NCBI GenBank assembly: GCA_038496445.1
Contig: JALMLS010000048.1
Coordinates: 1-64,000 of the forward strand
Reading direction: 5' to 3'
Length of the DNA: 64,000 bases
DNA from: Trichosphaerium sp. ATCC 40318
Taxonomy: Eukaryota; Protista; Tubulinea
Under the pieces are notes generated by a model. It was not told where the DNA came from, did not search any database, and was given only the letters and a program-made list of their open reading frames with translations. The first letter of the stretch is position 1; the number at the start of each line of letters is the position of its first letter. The position numbers and the translations under genes are program-made. Positions 37,653 to 50,984 of the stretch are shown here, in pieces.

Positions 37653-39376
37653 ATGAGGTTATCTTCTCTTGTAATATTCGTTTTTACACTAACATGTATC
37701 ACGTGCTCTGAATCGGTTGATATTTTCTCACCGTCAGTTTTTAATTTCTATTTCTACATAAACACCAACTACGATTTAAACGAAGCCCATTTATTCACTC
37801 TGGAACAAGCGCAAAACCATTGGAAGGTAAAACAAAAAACTTTTCAGTTTATCAGATATCCATTAACGTTGTTTGTAGACGTTTGGCATTCACGAAGGAC
37901 GGCAAGCGTGTGGAAGCTTTCACTCTGTACAATACCTTGAGCGTTATCCGAATTTAAAGCAGAAGTTTGGATCAAACTACTCTGCTGCCATAGACCACTA
38001 TCTCACAATCGGTCTAGCTCAAGGTTCGTTTGTTTTCTTTGTCATAGTTTAAGACAGCTGTCTAGGTCTTTTGGGTTACGTTGAAGGTGGTTATGATGGT
38101 AGATATACTATTCATAATCCTAAAAGTGGCATTTTTATGAGTGCTTCAGATCGTATGGGTGGTGCTGTAGACAGGTACATCATCAAGTTTAACCTCAAGT
38201 CTAGTTTTTCTTATTTTTGTTGTAGCGTTGTTTGGAACAACTATGAGTTCATCAACGCCTGGGTAACCATTTGAGTTTATAACTATTACTAACTCTACAT
38301 AATTGTAAAGGATCATGGTCGGGAGTTGCAGTCGGCTGTCACTAATGGACATGGAGTACTTGAATATCTTTCTTCAATTGAAGAACAAGCTCTGATTTCT
38401 CACCTTAGGAGTGCTTCAATCCAACTGAAGCTGGATCGGGTATTGATTTACATAACCCTACGACAACTACTGTAATTCAAAACATTACAGCTGTTCAGAA
38501 CGAGCTTCAAACTCGAGTACGTCCTCAACGAAGAAAGCAACCTTTTGAATTTCTGTTTAGGTTCTTCCTGCTTTTTGGATGGTTCCAGGAGAGCCTCATT
38601 CCAACCCTACCTCAACATGTTCTAAGGCATTAAATAAAGTTAAAGTATCTAACTACACAATGTCAAAGAAGGTTACAATCGGTAAAGTGTTAACAACATC
38701 GAGAACCTTTTAATCTTACTTTAAATAGGTTTTTCTGGAATTGACAATGCTATTTCGTTCCTATCTAGTGTTTTTGTTCCTCAAGACGATGATATACTAC
38801 AAGTTGAAGCACCTACAGGATACATGAGCAAAGGCTTTGATCACTTTTATAGCATTAACGTTACAACAGGTACCTTACTTTTCTTTAAAGACAGTTTGTT
38901 CAGCCTGTTTAACATTGTCTAGGTGACTTGACTCCATTGCCAACTACAACAGGAGAAATTCCGTTCCCACTCGTATTTAGTACAGCTGATAGTACTCATG
39001 CCATGGGTGCATGGTCTCCAGGGTTACCTTCGCCAGGTACAAGCTAATAAATTTTTGCTCTTTAAATGAACTAGAAAAGACTTACGATTTTTAAAGAGTA
39101 TCCAAGCGCTGGTTACGGGAAATTTCATTTTCACTTCGCAAATGATCCGAACTCAACCAATAAATGGACTTTAGTACACAGGTATTGTAAAGGATACTGA
39201 AAAAAAAACGTGTTTCTTTACATAGGTTTTTTGAAGGTTTTTTTTTTGTTTATTTTATTACTAGAAACAAAAATGTTAAGGCAGGCACAACAATGCATTA
39301 CAACGCTTATATATGTGTTGGTACTTTGCAACAGGTATCCACGTGTATGACTCGTGTACACTCTAAATTTGAATAA
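37653..39376 (+). CDS. Secreted protein of unknown function, intron-rich
   Basis: Signal peptide MRLSSLVIFVFTLTCITC. Two FxxxxYxxxYPDL...HY..G..EGR-like repeats, then EFINAW-DHGRELQSA, ECFNPTEAG, EAPTGY, YICVGTL. Confidence 0.75.
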
Positions 39377-39600
39377 ACTGGTAAATAAGCCACAATATGT
39401 GTAGACTTAATTGAAAATTGGTAGCTTGTGAACCTTAACTTCACGAGATTGTTTAACAAGAAAATTAGTATGTTAAAAGTGTAATGGATAATTTTCTTAG
39501 TAGTGCCAGCTTGTTCAACAATCCCATAAAGCTCCGCTCCTTTGAATCACAATCATTTAACACCGAGATTATATATACGTCACAACGCGGCAACTCAAAG

Positions 39601-41027
39601 ATGAAGGCAATAAAAGCGATTTGTATTCTATGGATTACAATATGTATCTACCAACAAACGTAAATATTTACCTAACTAACCAATGTTAGTTCTAGGCATG
39701 TACCACGCTCAACCACCCATACCCGAAGCGTCTGGCTGCGATTGCGATTGTATGGCTTGTAGTGCTTGCGATTTTGAAAATGCTTGTATGACGGTGACCG
39801 CTACGAGTGGTGATGGTAAGTTCTTTTGCGTTTTTTGAGTTTCTTTTGAATGAACCGTTTTTCCCCACGTGTTTGTAAAATACGTTACAATTACGTTATT
39901 GTGTCTTTGATTTTTCTCCTATTCTTCTAACCAATGTTGCTAGTGCTGCTGGACGGCATCGGTAATTGTGTGATAGTAGAATCAGCTGTAACCGGCGAGA
40001 TTCGTGGAACACAAACCAATGATTGTATCCTTATACAAGGATCAGGGGCAGTCATTAATGAAATCAATAGTAGAAATGGTGATGATTGTATTATTGTACG
40101 AGACGGAGCTACACTAGAAGGACGTATAAGTGGAGGTAAGCTTAGACATAAACTACTTAGTTTGACTTTGATAGGAAATGACAATGATTGTTTACGATTG
40201 ACTCAAGTGACTACATCAGATATTGTAGGAGGTGCTGGAAATGATGATATTATAATAGAGGGAATTACTGTGAACCCGAGGGTGGTTGAAAAACGAGCAG
40301 ATGAGCAGACCCCGTAAGTACTACAATTCAATTTAAGTTGTAAAGTTATTGTTACTTAATGAAGTGAAAGGTCGAGCTTGAATGGGCAAGCTGGTGATGA
40401 TTGTATTAGAGTAACTCCTTTTGATGGTGTTCAACCATTCATGGGAAACGTTTTAGGAGGCGGTGATAATGATTGTATTGATGTTCAAACCAGTGACGTT
40501 CTCACTATTTCAGGTATTTGGAATTATACCTTTGCTTTGTTTAAGTCTAGCTTCTAACTGTTTTAAGGTGGTAATGGTAATGATGTTATGTATGCCAGAT
40601 GTTCTGTTATGGTGAATATGAATGGAGCTGCTGGCAACGATGTAATGATTGTAGAAGAAGTGACAATACGTACTCAATAGCTTCAGGCTGTCATTAAGAC
40701 TTACTTTCCTTAGAACCATTCTCAACTGTTAGGAGTGCTGTCAATGGTGCTGACGGAGCTGATAGAATTCTTGTTGAAAGCCTCACTCAAAACATGGTTA
40801 TACCTAATGGAAGGATAGTTGGTGGTGGAGTTGACGATCCTAATGACAGGTACAACTAATTAAAATTTAGATACTGATTTTGACATTCGTTTAGTTGCTG
40901 TTCTCGTGTAGACCCTTCTGTTTTCGAAGTTGCCAATTGCGAAGATGAAACGTGTCCTCCTATCAGTGAATCAACGTGTCCTAGGCGTATTGGTGATTGT
41001 GTACCGTTTGTGTTTGATAGTAGCTAA
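39601..41027 (+). CDS. Secreted Cys-rich protein with RTX-type Ca-binding repeats (paralog B)
   Basis: MKAIKAICILWITIC signal; GCDCDCMACSACDFENAC; GTQTNDCI, NGDDCI, GGAGNDDI, GQAGDDCI, GGGDNDCI, GGNGND. Exon layout similar to 10865-12250. Confidence 0.78.
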
Positions 41028-41837
41028 AAACAATAAATAATGCTAGGTATTTAAGCGATGAAACACTCGTGACAGTACAGCAAGCTAGTGAGTTCTGTGC
41101 ATTTTGTGCCACATTGAGATTGTGATGCCTTTTACAAAGTTATGGCACTGAGTATTCGTTATTTGAACAATCTACTGAAACTGTCTTTGTACTTCTCATT
41201 CATCCGAAGAATTGCATGGACGTGAGCTTACGGGCAGGTGGTGCTATGCATTCTGACATATAAACACTCTTTGGGTGCTTATCCAGGCTGGTTGTTAGCA
41301 TGCAAAAAGAAAGAAAATAATTGGTGTTTCTTAGCTCCAACACGCAAATGAGCACAAGGCAAGGACCGAAACTTGGAGAATCCGGGTTACAGTAGGCAAG
41401 TGAACCACATATTGATAATATTGATTTACATCATTTTGTTATTTCGTCCATTTATTCCATATTTGTCCAAATGAGCAACCAAGAGATTTGTGTTGTTTGC
41501 AAATGACATTGTTTTGCAAAATTAATACGCGGTACCTGCATTGTCGTCGTTATGGCGTTCATCTATCTTGTTGAATATCTGAATAGCATTGGCTTGCTCA
41601 TGGAAATATGCTGTTCCAACTGCAAATGCGCTGAACTCCTGTACAACACTATGTCCACGTGATGGAAAATTACAAGTATGTTGGTCGCTTTTTTATGATC
41701 ACGTGATTCTACACTAAACTATTAAACGTGGGATAATGTATTTGGTAATAAATAGCGAGCATGCGCCAGGAATAAAATAGCAATTTGGACTATTAGACCT
41801 CTCAACTTAATTTGTTTTTTTTCAGTCTGGTTACATT

Positions 41838-44800
41838 ATGAGAGGTCGAGGGCGTGGCGGTCGCCGTAAAATGCCCCGATGGATGCTAGCCAAGAGGTAC
41901 AGCGAAGCGAAAAAAGCAAAAGCGAAAGAATTAGATAAAATGAACGAATTACAAGTCGTTATACAAGGAAGTGGGTCTACAGTCCATTTAGACTTCCAAT
42001 TGACAGGGCCGCAAACAGCAACTTGCTCGAAATTCAAGAATACCACTATTGAGCAAGAATTCAGGCGTATTAGAGGTTACTCTTATGGTATTCTAAGAAG
42101 TTTGATTTTAAATAACGTTCCCGCCTAACAATTCGTGTAGATAACGCAACCAAATGCTTCTCTATACCTTTAGACAGTACAAGAATTTGCTTAACGCTTT
42201 AGATAATCCTTTTGTTTTAACGTTTATTATTAGGCTTAAAAGACCTTGAAAACGCATTGTCAACGCGTAATGACCTTCCCACAATTAAATTGAACCCTCC
42301 TCCTAAACTTGTTATCAATTTGGTTAAGAAATGGCAAAAACACAGGTACTCTACACTGTCTACGTTCTAAAGCTGTGGAATGAAAGTTGTTTCTGACATC
42401 TGTCAACAGGGCAACACATCAAGCAATAGACTTTACTAAAATACCGTCTAATCTCCTTTGTTCTCTACTGCCATTCCAAATGCGAGGCGTAACGTACGTA
42501 TATTTTTGTTCAGTTTTTGTGAGGAAACCACAAAAACCAGCGCTTCAGGTCATCTTCTGACTTATCCTTCTTATTAATAATAACGCACTAGTTTTGCCAT
42601 TCAGAATAATGGTTCTGTCCTTTTGTTCGGTACGTCAGCAATGAAAAAAAAAGGAATTGAGACTACTTTTTATTCAAACGTAAATGCAGTGCCTTTGTTC
42701 ATTTGTGGGTTTAGACGAGATGGGTCTTGGTAAAACAATACAAGCTATCGCTATATCATCAAACTATGAAGAAGATTGGCCAGTTCTTACTATAGTACCT
42801 TCAGCACTTAAAGATCAATGGGAAGCACAGTTTCGAAGGTAAAGTTATTCTCTACAATTTTTCTGATTGTTCATAAAAGGTGGTTGCCTGACATGACGAG
42901 AGGTTATAGTAGTATTTGTATTATCAGATCTGGGAAAGATAATATACCTAGAAATTCTAAAATATATATTGTCAGCTTTGACATGGTCAGTAGGATAAAG
43001 GCTAAGCTTGATGAACTTGGTTCGTTTTTTTTCCTTTTATTTTTTTTTCTTTTTTGCAATCACTCTTGTTTATTCCTTTCTGCCTTTCTTTCTTCGTCAT
43101 TATTAAATATAACATCGATTGTTTTTTTATTGTTAACTTACTTTTAGATTGTGGTGTTGTTATTGTAGACGAATCACACTACATCAAGAACTTGAAGGCA
43201 CTACGTACAAAGGCTATTGTTCCTTTGATTAAAAAAGCAAAGAGGCAATTATTACTAACTGGAACACCAACTTTATCTCGCCCAGCTGAATTATATGCGC
43301 AATTACAAGCCATAGGTAAGTTTCATTGCTTGAAGAACCCGTTTTGAGGATTCGTTGTTTGTAAAACAAGTCATACTTTACCCTTACAGAGTCTAGGCAT
43401 GCCAATTTTTCCATCTTTCAAACAGTTTTCTTTACGCTATTGTAAAGCGTTTATGGGTCCTCATGGATGGGATACAAATGGTGCTTGCAATCTACAAGGT
43501 AATTAAATTAAAATAACATACTTTTGTTAATTGTGAGAGTTCTAGAGTTACATGCAGTTCTTCGTGCAACGTTGATGGTCAGGAGAGCAAAAGAAGATGT
43601 TATTGAAGATATGCCAGATAAGATAAGGCATACAGCTCTTATAGATCTAGATTGTAGATATGCTGTAAGTGTTTTTTTGTATAGTCACGTGACATTGTTC
43701 TAAAAATAGAATAAAACATAGGGCGATCTTGCAAAAGCTATGAGAAGGTTTAAAGAGAGTACAGCAAAGAGAAGGACTACACCTACTTTTGATGATGAGG
43801 ATCTTCAAGATGGTTCTAATGCTAAGGTTTATATGATGTCTGGTTTAGCAAAAGTGGATGGAGCTGTTTTGTATATTGAAAAAGTTCTTGCAGACAACCC
43901 TGAAGATCAAATAATAGTGCGCTTTGTTCTTGATAGTTTGAAGTATTTTGCTTGTGTTGGCGTCATGTTGGATTGTTAGTTAACTGGTTTTGTGTATTAG
44001 GTTTTCGCACATCATACAGAGGTTCTGGATACAATAGCTAGAAGTTTTGAAGAAAATAACACGCAGTTTATTCAAATTGATGGAAGGTAAGACCAAGTTT
44101 GAGGGTTTAGAACTGTTCTTTTTTTGAAGCTGATTTAAAAAACTTAGAGTGACAGCTAAAGTACGACCTGGATTGGTGAAAGTACGTTATATATTCCGTA
44201 AAAATCTCCATTATTGTCTTCAGTTAACAAAACGTTTTTAGAGATATCAAACATATAAAAAGTTTCGTGTTGCTTTGATGAGTATTACTGCAGCATCTAC
44301 TGGCATCAACTGCAAGTTTTAACAGTGAATTATTATGTTGCTGTAAAAATTTTAATCATGGTTTTCCTAGCAGCTGTGATGATTTTTTTTTCTAGACATT
44401 TTGACATTAAGTAAATTTTTATTAAAAAGCCGTTCTAACCTTTATTCAGTGCAGGTAGCATCCCATGTAATATTTGTCGAGTTGTATTGGAATCCAGGAC
44501 AGCTTATACAAGCGGAGGATAGAGCATATCGTATAGGAACAAAGCATACCGTCCACTGTCATTACCTCATGGCGAAGGTTTTGAACATTTTTTGAGCATG
44601 TAGGCTTACTTATATTTAAGGGCTCTATTGATGATCTTATTTGGCCTATGGTAGAAAACAAGCTTGGTGTAATCACACGAACGCTTAACGGGGTTGATCA
44701 GCGCATGAGAGTTCGTGATCGAACTGATATGAGAGGTGGAAGTAATATCCTTGAAGTGTTGACAAGTGGTGATCCTCCACCTGACTTGGTATTGTTTTTC

Positions 44801-45844
44801 TTGTTTTACTAGAAGACTTACTCCTTTTTTTTTTGTACACAGAATGATCCTATTGAAGAAGATTCAGGTAGAAAGAAAAAGAATACACGTAAACGTAAAC
44901 TACAGACGACTAATGGAAAAACTGCACAAAAGAAAAAGAAGAAAGTTACAAAAAAGAAACCTGTTAAGAAACTGAAAGAAAACAAAGCGCCAAGAAACAC
45001 TACACTCGTTTCAGATGATGAACCAGATAGTGATGTTATTATATTGAATCAGTCTTATGAACGTATGGATATAGATAACGATGGTACGACATAAACTCAA
45101 GGAGGGAACAAACAATTTTTGTTTAACGTTTGATTTAGACTCAAATTCAGAAGACGATTTTGTGTTGTTCTACAAAGCCAAAAAACCAAAAAGAGTACAG
45201 AAAACGCAGAAAACCAAACCTAAAAACAATGTTAAGAAACCATCTGTGAAAAAAAATACTAAGGTGGTACAAAAACCTCGTGTCCTGCAAAAAAAGCCTC
45301 AAACACAAACTCAGATAACAAAAACTTTTAATCACGTGGCCGTTGATGATGATGACGACGATGATAATTTTTCTCTTGTCCCACGTAGTCATACTACTCA
45401 AAAGCCGGCACAAAAGCAACAAAAATTCAAAAGGAATGTTGTACAATTAAGTACTAGACCCAAGCCACGTTCCTCAAGATTTCTTATTGATGATTTATCT
45501 GAAGAAGATTCTATTGAGTCTTTTGAAGATACTTCAAAGGGTGAGCTCTTTTTTGTTTCAAGCAATTCTCTTCTTATGAACTGTGTTTGAAATCAAGCAT
45601 TATTTTTAGACCTAATTCGGTTTTTATCTCTTTTGTTAATACTGTTTTGCTATCTTTGTTTCCGCTTTTTTTCTCCTTTTTTATCTTCTTTGACTTTTTA
45701 GTTTCATTTGCTTACTGCTCTTTTTAAGGGAATTCTTTCCATCCTAGAATGCTCACCATAACAGATATGTTCAAAAACAAGAAAAAACAACAACTGGAAA
45801 ACACAAGGAAGAGTGGGAGAAGACCCACTTTAGATTTCGTGTAG
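41838..45844 (+). CDS. SNF2-family annealing helicase, SMARCAL1/ZRANB3-like
   Basis: [85 protein letters not shown]. The 3' end is approximate. Confidence 0.92.
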
Positions 45845-46147
45845 TTTCAAAAACAAAATGTATAGAATGTACCATAAAGCACAAAACCAAGCTAGGGTTA
45901 CTAGTAATGTCCTTGCTGTTTATGTGAAACCGTTTACGAGCTAAGTGAGTTCCTGCTACTAACGTTAATAGAATATCGCCCAACTTGCTGAGTATTATCT
46001 TTGAGCAACCACTACATTAAGGTGTCTCGCTACAAACTATAAGTACAGCGTATTAAAATAATTTTTGGTAGGTGCTTCTTATTGACGAAAAGACATAATC
46101 CTATCTGCTTTATTGTGACATACTACAAGAATTCGCGCCAGATGCGT

Positions 46148-47494
46148 TTATTTTTTATTGTGATGCCTCACATTCACAAAATCAACGTGTATTAATTTTT
46201 TTTCAATGCACGCAACAATTTTTTCTGGCGTTGTATCAAAGTGAACGGAATTTCCTGGGATAGAACCTTGGTCATTCCATGGATCCGATAACCCAAAAAT
46301 ATAGACCTTACCTCTTGAAGAACCATAAACAAGCTTTAAAGCATCTATATCAACAGTCTGATTGAAACCACAAAATCTTTTAAATATTTGTTTAAAGTAT
46401 GGTTTTTCTGGGCTTCTAATGTCAACTATGCTCAACTGTGTGCTGGTACTTCCACCAATAGTATTATTTATCAACGTACTAACATTTGATAAATCTTGAA
46501 TCACAATAACTGGTTTGGGACCTGACCTTTCATCCCATACTTTTGTTGTTGTGTGGTTTGAAGATAGTACAAGATTTCCACTAATTGATTTACGAACTGA
46601 ATAGACACCAGTATCATGGCCTGAGAATTTTGTTCTTATCTTCTCTTGACTAACATCATATATCATCACATTCTCGTATGTGCATTCCGTAAATACATAA
46701 TCAGAAAGTCCAAACGCAATAGAATTCTCATCAACAAAACACATTCCACATGGGTATCGTCCTAGTCTCCTCCCCACCTTACCGTAGGATGTAACTGTAT
46801 GACTCCTATTCCAAGTAATTATTCCATCAGTTACACCTACAGCTATGGAATTTTTACTGATTGCACATGTTTTGGCTATTGAGAGTTTGGGATGAGTCAG
46901 CTTTGTAGTCCTTGTATTTTCTTGAAACATCAAGAAACCATCTTTACTTGATGTTTTGCATCCACAAACAAGAATGCGGTTATTATTTTCTGGATCTATT
47001 CTAAGGTCACCTATCCAACCGCGTTTTAGCTTCAAACGCTCAATTTTGAATGTCGTTGAGGTTTGATTTCTGAAAGTTCTGCGTTTAATTTTAAATGTCG
47101 TTGTGGTTTGATTTCTGAAAGTGTGATTTCTGAAAGTTCTGTGTTTAATTTTAATTATTTTTTTGGTTCTTTCTTTCCATGATTCTTGCTGTTTTATGAC
47201 AAAACGTGATTGTTTGTACACCCATAAAGGCGTTGGGAAGGTTTTAGCGTACATACAGCTCCAAACAAAGTCTGTACTACAGATGTCGTTCATGCTTAGG
47301 CAAGCTGTTGACAGCGCCAGAATATCTCCGTACGCCACGTGCGATAATATCTCAAAAAGCGTTTCCGTTGGCAAGTGTAATAGATGGAGCTCATCGCTAT
47401 CCTGAAAACATGACTGACTCGTTGATGTGTAGCTCATTTGGTAAGAAGAATTGCCGAAGTAAGTTGACCAGCTGTGAATTTTTACCGCGAACAT
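46148..47494 (-). CDS. Intronless F-box/WD40 protein
   Basis: LLHLPTETLFEILSHV F-box; FSGHDTGVYSV...TKVWDER WD repeat; internal short duplication RTFRNQTTTTFKI x2. Confidence 0.85.
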   Translation of the reverse strand: MFAVKIHSWSTYFGNSSYQMSYTSTSQSCFQDSDELHLLHLPTETLFEILSHVAYGDILALSTACLSMNDICSTDFVWSCMYAKTFPTPLWVYKQSRFVIKQQESWKERTKKIIKIKHRTFRNHTFRNQTTTTFKIKRRTFRNQTSTTFKIERLKLKRGWIGDLRIDPENNNRILVCGCKTSSKDGFLMFQENTRTTKLTHPKLSIAKTCAISKNSIAVGVTDGIITWNRSHTVTSYGKVGRRLGRYPCGMCFVDENSIAFGLSDYVFTECTYENVMIYDVSQEKIRTKFSGHDTGVYSVRKSISGNLVLSSNHTTTKVWDERSGPKPVIVIQDLSNVSTLINNTIGGSTSTQLSIVDIRSPEKPYFKQIFKRFCGFNQTVDIDALKLVYGSSRGKVYIFGLSDPWNDQGSIPGNSVHFDTTPEKIVACIEKKLIHVDFVNVRHHNKK

Positions 47495-47625
47495 AATGGT
47501 TAAGCAGACCGTTTACGCGCCTATAAGTTATTTATAACTTGAAACCGCTTTGTTAACATTCTTTACATTCCAAAGGCAACCAAAAACATCATTGATTTAG
47601 TACAGGGCTAGAACATGCTCCAAAT

Positions 47626-50600
47626 TTATTTGGTAGGTGAACTTGTCATCCAAAATTCTAGCAGAGTTTTGCCATGTATGTCTGAATGTTTAATAAACGG
47701 ATTGGACATATTTAATGGCTCCCCATTTATCATCAATTTTTCTACATAAACATTCGACTCTGAGACATTATGTGCAATAACGACCTAACAGTGAAATCAT
47801 TTGGTTTTTTTTTTGTTATAAATGCAGTTTAGTCTTTATGACGTACTAAATCACCATCATCGCGGTTTATAGTCAAACTTGAGAACAAGGGAGATCCGAT
47901 CATATATCTATCTGAACCAGAAAGCGGATAAAATCCAAGAGCACCAAAAACATACCAAGCCGACATTGTACCTTTTTAAGTTTCAGTTTTTTTTTTCTTA
48001 TTTAATTCTTTAAAAACAATGTACCATAGTCATCATTACCAGGTAGACCATCAGGCCCAACGCCTAGTTCCAATTATTCTATCAAATTGTTTTACAGGTT
48101 ATCTTTACTTACCGTATTGTTCCTTCATGTTGTACTTAACCCACTTCTGTGTTAAGTCTGGTCTTCCAGCGAAATCAAATAAGTATGCAGCAAGCAAATC
48201 TTCCTCATTACCAGCCCAGTAATATGGGTTAGGCAAAGCATTAGGGAAGTACTCAGCACGCGAGAAAAATATATCAAGTTGCTCAACGAAGTACTCTTGG
48301 CTTCCAAAAAGCTTGATAAGTCCAGGAACATCTCCAGGAACAAACCTAATAAATAGTGTTAAATTCTAAGCAAAAAAAAAAAAAGAAGAAAATGCTACGA
48401 CTTTGTTAGTGCAAAACTCGTACCATCTGTAGTGCCAAGCGTCACCTTCAACATATCGTTCATCGAATACGTCGATCCAAGTTAGTGGGCATTCCCATTT
48501 TCCTTCTGAAGTCTTAGGACAGAAAAACTTATACTCTTTGTTCCAAACGTTCTAAATCACGTGGTCAGAAAAAAGATTTTAACAAGAATTCAGTTTGAAT
48601 TTGGATTACCATGTAATTCTTTGATGAGTTTCTGAACATTTCAGCATCAGTCGTGTGATTAAGGTACTCAGCTATAGTAGATAACGCCCAGTCGTCATCT
48701 AAGGTAATAAAACATCAGCGAGTTTTTTTTTAAAGCGTAAACTTTCGGTTGTACAAGAGTAATCTTGAGTCAATACAGCTCCGTGTTTATCTTTTTCAAA
48801 TGGGATGTAGCCGATAGTATGCCAATCTTGAGTGTCTGTACGACCATTGTGCCCCTGAGGGTATAACGATCCATTCTTTAATCCTTGATAAACCATCTCC
48901 AAATCGAAATCAATGAATCCTTAACAACAGTCAGAGCTTCACGAATACATTAAGACCAAATTATGTATTCACAAAACTATTCACCTTTGGCTATAGCATC
49001 AGCAATAATAACACTACGCAGAAAAAGTTAGAATAAATCCAAAAAAAGTACATCAAAAAAAATTTTAAAAAAGTAGGCATTTGATACGTGCGTTGTGTGC
49101 TGGCCTTCCATACAATCTGTATATCCTACACAAAGTATGTCCGTTAATCAGATTTGACTACGTTTATTGGTTGTACCATTGGCAAGCGGCCATCGCGGGA
49201 AATCTCCGCCTTGCTCATACATTAGGATTAATGATTTTACAATATCGTTAAATCTATCCGGTTGTATTATTGCCAACCAGGGGAACTCTGTTCTATGTAC
49301 ATCCCATATACTCATATCGCTGTAAAAACCTTTCTGATTTCCTTCAAGAGAATGCACCTTGTCATCAAAACCCATATATTCGCCACCTGATTGCAGCATA
49401 AAAAACTATTATTTTAAGGTGCTGCTATACCTGGTTCACTAAATACTGTTGGCGCCATTAGAGTGTGGTAGTAAGCGGTATAAAACTTTATACGATCTTC
49501 GTCAGTCCCACCAACAACTTGGATACGATCAAGCTCTGTTTGCCAAACATTCTATTTAACAAGTATCAGATAAGAAAATTTGCTTTTTCTATCAATTAGA
49601 AACTTACTGTTGTTTCTGCTAGGACGGTATCAAAGTCTCCTCCTTTTACCTCACTAACAATGTTACTCCTCGCGTGATCGATACTTATCGAAGAAATTCC
49701 AACGATCATTTCTAACACAGTATTAATCATAACGAAGTTCGTTAGGTAGCACCGATATTGTTCACTGAATTCTTATCAAAAACTATAAATCCTCCAATAT
49801 CTTTACCGCGAGCAGACGCATCCGCTGTAATTTTATCATCATTCCATACACCAGAACTAGAAAATATGCCAGTTTTGAATTGAGCAACAAAGTATGAGTT
49901 GTATCCTCCAAAACGACCTGATAAACTTCCCTTTTGGTATAAAAAGTTAGCATAGTTCAACGTTTCTGGTCCATACCATATTTCTAACCCAACCGCTCAC
50001 TTCTTGCTTACTTTGATCTATAAATATCGACGCATTTCCACAACCTCCTTCTTCCAAAGTATGACTAGTCAGAACGTCAAATAGACGTTAAAAAAGTCTT
50101 TTTTGACACTTGCCTAATATCGAAAAGGATAACTTTTTCCTTGTTGTCAACGAAATTATATCGATGCACTCCAACATGCTCAGTAGCAGTTAACTCAACT
50201 TGAATATTGTATCTTTCTAGAGAAACACTATAATACCTAACACCAGCTTAACATTCTCACTACACCCAGAAGTATGACTTACCCTGGCTTTGCCACTTCA
50301 GTTTTATGCGAATACTTTGAATAAAATCCGTAGTCCTTAACATCACTTGACGTAGGCACGCGATCAATAGGCATAACGCCAATAGTACCTGTTAAAGAAG
50401 AAAAAGATTACACAAAGAAAAGTTGTCCACATTTTTTACAAAAAGCTTACCGTAGTCTAATGCTCCTGAACCAACCATGTGCGTATGAGAAAAAACACGA
50501 ATGTATTCATCTGTATTTGGGTTTTAAGAACTTATGTTTGTTGTGTGGGCTCTGTACCGTCGTAGTAGTAGCCTCCAAAGTGATTAAACGGTAAGAATAT

Positions 50601-50840
50601 ATTATCATACGCTACAGTGTCAGGACCAACACGTGCTAATCCAAAAGGCCTTTGAGCGCCAGGAGGAGTGCTTCCGATTCTAAAAAGCGCAAATAAACAC
50701 GTGAATATGGAAGTATAAGGAAAGTACCCATAACCAGTACCACCGCTGCCAATATGTGGGTCCACGTGGTCGTAATTAGATGCGCAAATGCCAAGTACAA
50801 ATACAAGTAATGAAAGGCAGATAAGCTTGTATATTGACAT
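47626..50840 (-). CDS. Glycoside hydrolase family 92 alpha-1,2-mannosidase, secreted/lysosomal
   Basis: PPGAQRPFG, FSHTHMVGSG, YSDMSIWDVHRT, YVEGDAWHY, YWAGNEED, LPGNDDYGTMSAWYVFGALGFYP. Confidence 0.95.
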
Positions 50841-50984
50841 CTTTTCTGAGCTTTCGGTCAAAACTGTGGTCAACGTCACACTCTGACATTTTGTTTTACA
50901 TTGTGCTTACATTGCCTGTGTTAGGTAATCTTTTTAAATAGAATTTATGAGGTTTATTGGTTATTTGAACCGTTGAGGTGATAG

